From a virus (Duplodnaviria > Caudoviricetes): 43,460 nt of DNA. The stretch spans positions 1-43,460 of the IMG/VR virus record IMGVR_UViG_3300020402_000137; one strand, written 5' to 3'. Position numbers and translations under genes: made by a program. Position 1 is the stretch's first letter; each line of letters opens with the position of its first letter. A model generated the notes under the pieces. The model did no database searches. It was not told the DNA's origin and saw only the letters and a list, made by a program, of their open reading frames with translations. This document shows positions 36,112 through 43,460 of the stretch, piece by piece.

Positions 36112-37654
36112 TAGTCATTTCTCCTTGTTGGGTTTGCGTTGCTTGAGCCATAACCGCTTCAGCGCCTGCCGCGCCCGCAGTTTGAGCTGCGGTCTGACCC
36201 GCCGCCATAGCCATTTGTTGTTGCATTTGTTGTTGTTGCATTTCTTGAACTTCTGCCTGACTTCTTACTGCATCAGGTAAGTCCAATCCATTGAATGCTT
36301 TAGATAACAACGAATCAAATTTAACATATGGAAGAATTTCAGGTGGCATACCTGATAAAAATTGTAAAGCAATTTGTACCTTGTTTACCGCCTGTTCCCT
36401 TCCCAACGCTTCCATACCACTTAATATTACAGGCTCAACTAAATCTTCAGGCCAATCAGGTAACTGACCATTTCGTTTCATCTGTAAAATTAATCTTGTT
36501 AATCTAGCTTGTTGCATATCTTGGTTTAATTGTGAGTACACACCACCAAGCGTAGATTCTAATTCTTCTGTCATTCGTCTAACTTCAAAAGCGGTTGTAC
36601 GCTCTGAGTCTCTGACCGTCGCTGCACCCATAAGAAATGCTTGTGAAACCTCTCGTGATTGTCTTTCTAGTTCGGCCGCACACAATTGCATTCCATTATT
36701 ATTTTGGAATTGCAACATAGTTATATCTTCAGGGTTACCAACTATAATGTCACCATTGTCAGCTTTAGCAAACTTTCTACGCAAGTTTAAACCACCCGCT
36801 GCGTTAGGTCTAATCATAGTTACATTTCTTGACGCCATTGCAGCGCCATCAATTAAAGATTTAGACAATGCATCTAAACATCTAAAGTCAGGTAAGTGTT
36901 CTTCTATTTTACCTCGACCATAATCTTCACCGATAACCGCAGTATATCTTAATGCATTATATGGTAGTGTTTCAAACTCACCACGACTATCAGGAATTTT
37001 CTTTCCGTTTATTTCCTGATAAACATCGAAAGTTCCTTTATCATTAATTTTTATATGCGTATACAAAGGTACACGATTTTGACTAAAATCATCTTCGTTA
37101 ACAAATTCTCTAGCATTACTAGGTAGTTGTTCAGGTGATAAATATTCTTCAGTAATAATTTCTTTTATCTCACCTTGCATATCTCTAGACACACAATATT
37201 GGTCTAGTCTAAATAATCTAATAGTATTGTCAGGTTGCATTACTTCTAAGCAATTACCTGTTACCAATAAATATTGTAAACACATATTAGTTGAACGACG
37301 CCATTGTGATCTTTCTATTTCTTGGTGTATTAAACCTTCCGAAAGAACTAGACCTTGTTCTACTTCGTTTGCAAGTGATAGACTTCCTGATTGCATTTTC
37401 TGTTCAGGTGGTACATCTAGTTTGAAACTAGGTTTACCAGGCGGATACATAGCAATCATCAAACGCGACGCCAAACTAACGGTCGCTCTAGCGCCTAGAC
37501 CTTGATAAGGTTCAGGCAATGTTGCGAATTCGTTATGACCTTCAGGTGGCATTAGTGCGGGAATAGTTAACTCCGCGCACTCACGCCCTCTAGTTAGGTA
37601 GGGGTCACGCTTTCGTTTCATAGTCTCATAACGAGCGCGAGCAGTTTCTGCCAT
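36104..37654 (-). CDS. Portal / head-tail connector (gp8-like)
   Basis: LTIPAL, PYQGLGAR, LLVTGN, GEDYGRG, RDSERTTAFEVR, LGGVYS, EALGR. Confidence 0.96.
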   Translation of the reverse strand: MAETARARYETMKRKRDPYLTRGRECAELTIPALMPPEGHNEFATLPEPYQGLGARATVSLASRLMIAMYPPGKPSFKLDVPPEQKMQSGSLSLANEVEQGLVLSEGLIHQEIERSQWRRSTNMCLQYLLVTGNCLEVMQPDNTIRLFRLDQYCVSRDMQGEIKEIITEEYLSPEQLPSNAREFVNEDDFSQNRVPLYTHIKINDKGTFDVYQEINGKKIPDSRGEFETLPYNALRYTAVIGEDYGRGKIEEHLPDFRCLDALSKSLIDGAAMASRNVTMIRPNAAGGLNLRRKFAKADNGDIIVGNPEDITMLQFQNNNGMQLCAAELERQSREVSQAFLMGAATVRDSERTTAFEVRRMTEELESTLGGVYSQLNQDMQQARLTRLILQMKRNGQLPDWPEDLVEPVILSGMEALGREQAVNKVQIALQFLSGMPPEILPYVKFDSLLSKAFNGLDLPDAVRSQAEVQEMQQQQMQQQMAMAAGQTAAQTAGAAGAEAVMAQATQTQQGEMTNE

Positions 37655-37669
37655 AATTGACCCCTTTCA

Positions 37670-37894
37670 TTATTGATTAGTATTGATCCCTGTTCCGACG
37701 GATGATCCACCGCCTGATCCAAGTTCAATTTGTAAGTTTTTACGCATCCCCTTCTTCTTACCTTTCTTCAACGCTTCCGTATAAGCTTGCGAATCAGGCA
37801 AGTTAGATGCACTCGGCGCTGGTGGCGTAGGTGCTGGAGGCGGTGGAGGAGGTGGTGGAGGTGGCGGAGGCGCAGCTGGTCTACTAAAACACAT
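37670..37894 (-). CDS. Small virion protein (gp7.3-like), proline-rich
   Basis: MC start, poly-Pro tract, KKG...LQI motif, position before the portal. Confidence 0.7.
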   Translation of the reverse strand: MCFSRPAAPPPPPPPPPPPPAPTPPAPSASNLPDSQAYTEALKKGKKKGMRKNLQIELGSGGGSSVGTGINTNQ

Positions 37895-38350
37895 TTACTT
37901 TCTCCTTTTTCTTAGAAATGTTCCACCTATCTCATATCCCATTTTCTGAAACAACGATAGATTTTTGTTTGTATTTATATCAGTTGAAGTACCAATATGA
38001 ATTTCCGCAGCTCCCGCCATATTTGCCCATTGTTCATAGGCTTTAAGTAATCTAAGTGCAGCGGAAGATCCTCTGAACTCTTTGATTACATATAACGCAA
38101 GATCACAAGATATCTTATCAGTACCAAACCAATGTTCGTGAATTACCCCGACATAAAAACCAACAAGCTTTCCGTCTACATTTTCAGCTACTAAGGCGCA
38201 GTAGATTGGTTGTGTCTTAATTAATTCCCATAGTTGCCAAAGCTTTTTTTCTGAAAAGTTAAAATGTTTAAAGTAACTTTCCTCGTGCATTTGTTGACCA
38301 TACGATATAATTGTAGGCACATCTTCTTCTGTCATTTTTCTTATTTTCAT
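37895..38350 (-). CDS. GNAT-family acetyltransferase
   Basis: KIRKMTEEDV, LYVIKEFRGSSAALRLLKAYEQWA, FQKMGY. Confidence 0.85.
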   Translation of the reverse strand: MKIRKMTEEDVPTIISYGQQMHEESYFKHFNFSEKKLWQLWELIKTQPIYCALVAENVDGKLVGFYVGVIHEHWFGTDKISCDLALYVIKEFRGSSAALRLLKAYEQWANMAGAAEIHIGTSTDINTNKNLSLFQKMGYEIGGTFLRKRRK

Positions 38351-38553
38351 AAATCACCTTCCTCGTGTTCTTTTTTCATAGAAAGGAGTTCATCAATAAG
38401 TTCCCTTTTGCTTGCATACCATTGAGCTTCCATAATAGTGTCAGTTTTACTAACACATTTGTGAGGATAAGCCTTATCTAATTGATCTATCAAATCGACG
38501 GATCTCTCAGGAAGTACCTTTTCCTCTATTATTTTGTCAGTTTTTGTAGCCAT
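38347..38553 (-). CDS. Hypothetical protein
   Basis: 68 aa with LIDQLDKAYP; first gene of the structural block. Confidence 0.75.
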   Translation of the reverse strand: MATKTDKIIEEKVLPERSVDLIDQLDKAYPHKCVSKTDTIMEAQWYASKRELIDELLSMKKEHEEGDL

Positions 38554-38577
38554 CGGGCAGAAACCCCCTTTATAAGG
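38554..38577 (-). promoter_or_regulatory. Putative late phage promoter at the start of the structural module
   Basis: CCTTATAAAGGGGGTTTCTGCCCG resembles the 35204-35227 motif. The G-run may double as the RBS. Confidence 0.45.
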
Positions 38578-38584
38578 TTATAAT

Positions 38585-40576
38585 TTATCGAACAGGACAC
38601 GCTCCTGTTTGACACTCTTCGTCATCGAGGTCATCAAAATCAGTAATTCCAATGTCATCGTTGAGTTCTATTTCATCGAGAGTTTTGACATATGCTTGGT
38701 ATTCTTCTTCTGTTACCACTTCCTGTGGTAGATAAAGATAACCAAGGTCTTTGGCAGTTTTAGTTGGATCATTTCTTAAAATAAAAGAAACACCTACATA
38801 AACATCCCAATTATTTATAAGCCAATCAATAATGTCAGGAACTTCATCAGGACTATAACTTATTGTAATAGAACAATTTTGTTCGACATAATTATTCATT
38901 AGCATTTTATATCGTTCAAGCTGATCAATAGCTGACTCTTGGTTTACATACTTCCCGTCAACCACATCAAAGTCTACATCTTTGTATTCAACAGGAAATG
39001 TAACAAGTACCGCTTCAGCATCCATCGGGTTTTCAATAAGCCTGTATCCCGCTTCTTTTAATTTTTTAAGCGTTGGATCGTGCTTACTAAAGTTAACATT
39101 ATTAAATATGTATTTACCTAATGGTTTATGACAACCTTCTGTGGTGTCCATAATCTTACTCATAGTACCACTTGGTTTAATCGTTGTTACATTTTTAGGT
39201 CTTGGTAAATGTAACTCATCTGCCATTTTATATGCGGCCTGAACAATAATATTCTTTAATGTTTTGTAGTCATAAGGTGATAGTTTACTCTTTACTATAC
39301 CTGTTAGACCTACACCACATAATCGTAAGAATTCGTTATTCTGATGCCATTGTGTTTGCAACACGCCGTCATTAAAATTAACACAAGTTTGTCTGTAATT
39401 AGCGCGAGCAATTAGTTGAGCTGCGCGGTGTAACTCATTGATGTCATTGCCAAATTTAGCAACATCTATTTCAACCAAGTTACAAACAGACTTACTCGAT
39501 AGTAAAATTTCTGCACACGGATTGACTCCCGCAAACCAAGGCGCACGACCTTTGGCTGCAACACCATTAATAAATCCAGGTTCAGATCCACCCGCTTCTA
39601 ACATAATCGTAAATATTTCTTCTAGTTGTTGTCTCGAAGGTCGATGATTAAACAACAAAGAATTATTTGATTGCGCTCTTTGTGGGTTATCTTTCCAATA
39701 TTCTTTTTTAGCTTGTGCAAATTCTTTCCATTCAGGATCACCATATTCTAACAAAGCAATCTCGGCGGATCGACGACTCGACAAAATAGTACCGAGCCAA
39801 TTTACGATATCAAGAATATCAATAGCAGTTAAAAGTTGACCCGCTCGTAAAGACAACAAATGTGCAATAGCAACAAACGCTTTACATATTGCATCGTCTC
39901 CCGCACTTATCCAACCATATCCCGCAAGTCTAGAACCTGAAGGTCTTATCTCTGAAAAATCTAAATGTAATTCACGCGCGGGATATTTGCCCGCAATAAG
40001 TTTACCTACAGATTTTGCCCAAGCTTCGGCAGAGTCGCCAACTTTAATTGTCCACACACCACCTGAATTGTGTATGTCACCTGGATCGATCTTGTCATCA
40101 AGAACAAAATTCTCAACATTTTTTTCAAGACCGCCTTTGTCTTTTCTTTCAGTTCTAGTAACTCGTATGTTTCTAATTGGTTTTAAAAATCCTGACAGGT
40201 TTCCTGTGCGTGGTCTAAAGCCAACACCACAACCATTTAACAACAACCATAAAGAATCGACCATATCAGAGACCGATCCAATTTCTAAAAACGAACAATT
40301 GAATTGACTAATCTCTCTTCGCTTAGATACTTCTGTACCACCTAACCAAAGAGTTCTTCCCGCAACAGAAACCTTGCGATCAATAATTAGTTCTCTTAAA
40401 TCTTTAAGTTCTTTTTTTTCTTTGTTGCTTAACTTACTTCCCTTGGCGCGCTCCCACAACCAAGTTTGGTGTTCTATAATTCGACTAATAGTTTCACTCC
40501 AAGTTTCAAACTTGTCACCTTCAATTGGTCGATTATATGTTCTTCGTGTAATAACTTTTGCTCGTGTACTAACCAT
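38585..40576 (-). CDS. nrdJ: Class II (adenosylcobalamin-dependent) ribonucleotide reductase
   Basis: RRTYNR, FNCSF, GVNPCAEI, TTIKPSGT, C-terminal CQTGACPVR; no beta-subunit gene present. Confidence 0.9.
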   Translation of the reverse strand: MVSTRAKVITRRTYNRPIEGDKFETWSETISRIIEHQTWLWERAKGSKLSNKEKKELKDLRELIIDRKVSVAGRTLWLGGTEVSKRREISQFNCSFLEIGSVSDMVDSLWLLLNGCGVGFRPRTGNLSGFLKPIRNIRVTRTERKDKGGLEKNVENFVLDDKIDPGDIHNSGGVWTIKVGDSAEAWAKSVGKLIAGKYPARELHLDFSEIRPSGSRLAGYGWISAGDDAICKAFVAIAHLLSLRAGQLLTAIDILDIVNWLGTILSSRRSAEIALLEYGDPEWKEFAQAKKEYWKDNPQRAQSNNSLLFNHRPSRQQLEEIFTIMLEAGGSEPGFINGVAAKGRAPWFAGVNPCAEILLSSKSVCNLVEIDVAKFGNDINELHRAAQLIARANYRQTCVNFNDGVLQTQWHQNNEFLRLCGVGLTGIVKSKLSPYDYKTLKNIIVQAAYKMADELHLPRPKNVTTIKPSGTMSKIMDTTEGCHKPLGKYIFNNVNFSKHDPTLKKLKEAGYRLIENPMDAEAVLVTFPVEYKDVDFDVVDGKYVNQESAIDQLERYKMLMNNYVEQNCSITISYSPDEVPDIIDWLINNWDVYVGVSFILRNDPTKTAKDLGYLYLPQEVVTEEEYQAYVKTLDEIELNDDIGITDFDDLDDEECQTGACPVR

Positions 40577-40991
40577 CTACTAAATCCTTTAAATTAGGTT
40601 CTTTATAATTTGGGCCTTTTAAAATCTTACCTGTAGTAGGATCTCTAGTTACTCCCTTCTCTACTTTAGTCATATTTGATTTATGTATTCTGTCGAATAC
40701 TTCTTGTAAATTAATACCAAATACAACTGCCATTCGTGATACTACATATTGTAAATCACCTAACTCTTTCAAAAGATTAGTCTTTTGCTCGGTAGTAATT
40801 TCTTTTTGGTTTGTAAAATTTGATGAGATATCAAGCGCTATCTCTTGCAGCTCAATAAACTCTTCTTTAATAAGACGCAAAGAAAGTCTCAAGTCTTCCA
40901 AGTTTAATTTAACATTGATTGGATGTTTGGCTATCTTATTAAAGTCAATAATTTTTTGCTCTCTGTCTGACACATTATTCTCCTTCCTCAA
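40569..40991 (-). CDS. MazG-like nucleoside triphosphate pyrophosphohydrolase
   Basis: LIKEEFIEL, KELGDLQYV, IHKSNMTK, GKILKGPNYKEP. Confidence 0.85.
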   Translation of the reverse strand: MRKENNVSDREQKIIDFNKIAKHPINVKLNLEDLRLSLRLIKEEFIELQEIALDISSNFTNQKEITTEQKTNLLKELGDLQYVVSRMAVVFGINLQEVFDRIHKSNMTKVEKGVTRDPTTGKILKGPNYKEPNLKDLVDG

Positions 40992-41232
40992 GTTTTTTAA
41001 TTATTCTTTGACAATACCAGATTGCTTTTTCGATGTCTTTCTTTTGGTTTTCTTTTGTGTTGTTTTTTCTTCTGTATCTACTGATGTACTTGATTGCGTT
41101 TGCGACGCTTGGTGCTTCTTTACCTGGGATTCCTTCACAGACGCTTTCGATGTAGTCGATCGCTTCGATACCTTTGCCGTACTTGTAGTGTTGTGGGTTG
41201 ATGCTATCCACTTTTCTTCTTTTGGATGCCAT
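40975..41232 (-). CDS. DUF3310 / gp1.7-like protein
   Basis: INPQHY...IEAIDYI...NAIKYISRY...DIEKAIWY; AAGGAG RBS. Confidence 0.88.
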   Translation of the reverse strand: MASKRRKVDSINPQHYKYGKGIEAIDYIESVCEGIPGKEAPSVANAIKYISRYRRKNNTKENQKKDIEKAIWYCQRIIKKLEEGE

Positions 41233-41945
41233 AGTTTTATCTCCTTGTTTTCTACATTGTAGTCTCCATACCTTAGAATTCTCGCTAGTTGTACCATTTG
41301 GATAGCGTACTCTTCGGAGAGATGATTGTTAATAAAAGCTTGGAGTGTTGCACCCCAAGGGTCTCGTAAATTTTCTTCAACAATTGCGTTAGCTTTCTTT
41401 GTGCCTATGCCTGGAATACCTTTAAAGTTATCTGCACTATCACCAATCATCGCTTGCTTAAACATATTTAAATCAGCTACTCGTTGGTTAATTCTAACCG
41501 CTCTGGTAAATTTATCAGGATTATAAAACTTACACGGAACGGTCAGTAAATCTTTATCAATTGAAATTACAACAGGATCAGGAACATTAGGGTCAGTACC
41601 CATAAGTCCTAACAAGTCGTCAGCTTCTAATCCTTCGCGGACAACATTTGTATATTTCTTTTTAAGATATTCTAAAATGTGTGGTAGTAGTTCAGGACGA
41701 ACAACATCTTTTCTATTGGCTTTATATTCAGGATAAATTTTATGCCTGAAATATTTTCTTGATGGGTCACTAAAACACAAAATAATTTTATGTGGTTTAA
41801 TTCTTTTTACCCAACCATCAATCATAATATCTGCATACTTCTCAGCATTCTCAGGTATTACAGGTGATAGTTCGTCTTTGCCGTCTACAACTGCAACGGC
41901 TGACTTAAACGCTACGATGTCTCCATCAATTAAAGCTAGTGTCAT
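41001..41945 (-). CDS. 5'-3' exonuclease (T7 gp6-like)
   Basis: LIDGD, YKANRK, LEADD, SIDKD, GDSADNFKGIPGIG, ARILR; C-terminal low-complexity extension. Confidence 0.94.
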   Translation of the reverse strand: MTLALIDGDIVAFKSAVAVVDGKDELSPVIPENAEKYADIMIDGWVKRIKPHKIILCFSDPSRKYFRHKIYPEYKANRKDVVRPELLPHILEYLKKKYTNVVREGLEADDLLGLMGTDPNVPDPVVISIDKDLLTVPCKFYNPDKFTRAVRINQRVADLNMFKQAMIGDSADNFKGIPGIGTKKANAIVEENLRDPWGATLQAFINNHLSEEYAIQMVQLARILRYGDYNVENKEIKLWHPKEEKWIASTHNTTSTAKVSKRSTTSKASVKESQVKKHQASQTQSSTSVDTEEKTTQKKTKRKTSKKQSGIVKE

Positions 41946-41949
41946 ATTA

Positions 41950-42162
41950 TTATGTCCTTATCTCATCTGTTCTTTTAGTCTCACTCACACATCGCAATTG
42001 ATATGTTATAGGAAACGGAATCATCTGATTCATTTCTTGTTCCATAACTACCAATCGTTCTTTGCATTGTTCGATTGTTTTGTATGGCCCATACATATCC
42101 TCAAGTACAATACAATTCGGTGATGCTAGAATTGAACATACGAGGATCGCAGCTTTGAACAT
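41950..42162 (-). CDS. Hypothetical protein
   Basis: Likely start MFKAAILVC at 42162 (AAGGAG RBS, TAATG coupling to the polymerase stop); contains GPYKTIEQC. Confidence 0.72.
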   Translation of the reverse strand: MFKAAILVCSILASPNCIVLEDMYGPYKTIEQCKERLVVMEQEMNQMIPFPITYQLRCVSETKRTDEIRT

Positions 42163-43460
42163 TAGTGTGTCTCCTTCCAATTATCTCCAATGTCATAACT
42201 TCCCGACAATGGGCATTTTAATTCCAAACGCTCACCCGCTAATCTAATAGCGTCGGCAAACATTTGACCTATTTGTTCAGCGTGATCAGGCTCACAAGTA
42301 AGTTGAACCTCATCGTGTACATTCGCACAATAGTTAAAATGTACAGGCTGATCATCAACGACATAACCTTTAGCGGGTGCTAGTTCATAATGAAATATAA
42401 CTAATGCCCACTTCATACAAATTGCTCCCATCGATTGTAATAAAAAATTTAATACAGAATGATCAGACACAATTGGTATTCGCCTACCGCCGTCAACTCC
42501 TATAAGATATCCTCGGTCAACTTTCTTCTTTAATATTTCTTGAAGTATACCAAGACCAACAATACCTTTGTTCATTCGCTCTCTAATAATTTTACCATTA
42601 TGATTAGGAGCATTACCTTCCCTTAAAATTTGAGATAGTTTTCTATCACTCGCACCATATAAATATGCGTATGTAATTCTCTTAACTATATCTCTGTTAT
42701 CTATACCGACGACCTTACCTGTTCTACTATGAACATCAGTTCCGTTTTCTTTACTGCCTTCAAGTAAAGCCTTGGCGTATTCACCTTTATCAAAGTGTCC
42801 AAGCATTGCAGCTAACATTCGTAACTCCAACGCGTCGGCGTCGATGCCTACTAGTTTATGTCCTTCGTCAGGTAACCACACCTGTCTCATTCGTAAATCT
42901 CTTTTACTTATCTGAGCCATATTAGGTGAAAAGTGTGAACACCTAAATGTGTTTGTACCTATAGTATTTACCTTGCCGTGAACATAATTGTCTTTCACCT
43001 TTTTAAGCCAACCCGCTTCTCCTTCGCTTATCTGCGATAATTGTTTTTGACAATAGAAGTAGCGGGCAAGCAATTTTGCTTCGGGATATTTAAGTTCATT
43101 AAGAACTTTCTCGTCGATCTGAGGAGCGCCTTGAGGTGTGAACTTAGTAGGTTTCCACCCGTACTTTTCAATAAGGCGCTCCCCGATCTGTTTGCGAGAG
43201 CCAGGATTAAAAACTTCAATTTTGTCTTTAAGCCTTTTACCCGTCTTGTCGGAATATCTTTCAATTACAAGGGGAAGGAAAATAGATTGTAATTGCTTTT
43301 CAATGTCCGACATATCCTGACGCATTTCTGCATCAAGATCCTGTGCCGCCTTAACATCAAGGCGAAACCCGTGTCGTTCCTGTATGCCCATTACATATGC
43401 AAAATCAAATTCACAACGCAATGCTTTTGCCATTTCAGGTTCGATCTGTTTTTTTAAATG
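42162..43460 (-). CDS. DNA polymerase family A, polymerase domain (frame open to the window edge)
   Basis: FNPGSRKQI, motif A GIDADALELR, motif B RDIVKRITYAYLYG, NFLLQSMGA, motif C NVHDEVQ, end NWKETH. Frame continues upstream as HLKKQIEPEM. Confidence 0.96.
   Translation of the reverse strand, partial: HLKKQIEPEMAKALRCEFDFAYVMGIQERHGFRLDVKAAQDLDAEMRQDMSDIEKQLQSIFLPLVIERYSDKTGKRLKDKIEVFNPGSRKQIGERLIEKYGWKPTKFTPQGAPQIDEKVLNELKYPEAKLLARYFYCQKQLSQISEGEAGWLKKVKDNYVHGKVNTIGTNTFRCSHFSPNMAQISKRDLRMRQVWLPDEGHKLVGIDADALELRMLAAMLGHFDKGEYAKALLEGSKENGTDVHSRTGKVVGIDNRDIVKRITYAYLYGASDRKLSQILREGNAPNHNGKIIRERMNKGIVGLGILQEILKKKVDRGYLIGVDGGRRIPIVSDHSVLNFLLQSMGAICMKWALVIFHYELAPAKGYVVDDQPVHFNYCANVHDEVQLTCEPDHAEQIGQMFADAIRLAGERLELKCPLSGSYDIGDNWKETH

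Noticed and set aside
37817-37878. GGT/GGA/GGC triplet repeat
   Set aside because: Explained by the poly-proline tract of the gp7.3-like protein.
454-43320. All plus-strand ORFs and nested alternative-frame minus ORFs in the track (e.g. 5546..5833, 31085..31453, 34787..35197, 35730..36107)
   Set aside because: They lie antisense to or inside well-supported genes and show no recognisable motifs.

Overview
Near-complete genome of an AT-rich T7-like podovirus (Autographiviridae-type) with gene content typical of marine phages. Every credible gene is on the minus strand, and the window is opened inside the family A DNA polymerase gene. Reading the minus strand from the non-coding terminal region (~10.8-11.2 kb), the early region holds a Gp88-like protein, small ORFs, a C5 DNA methyltransferase, a tyrosine integrase and the single-subunit RNA polymerase. 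Replication genes follow (SSB, RusA, primase/helicase, HNH, DNA polymerase, 5'-3' exonuclease, DUF3310, MazG-like, class II RNR). Then come the virion genes (portal, scaffold, capsid, tail tube A/B, internal proteins, tail fibre adaptor, two RCC1-like fibres), a holin, the terminase and an M15 endolysin. The most striking unannotated signal is three complete hammerhead self-cleaving ribozymes (two type II, one type I) on the sense strand, each at an early-gene junction. They suggest the polycistronic early mRNA processes itself where T7 uses host RNase III. Other signals are a 74-nt G.U-rich hairpin in the integrase leader, a 24-bp repeated putative phage promoter bracketing the int-RNAP cassette, an ArfA-like small protein, and apparent avoidance of specific k-mers. 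All assignments come from motif reading by eye; no searches were run.
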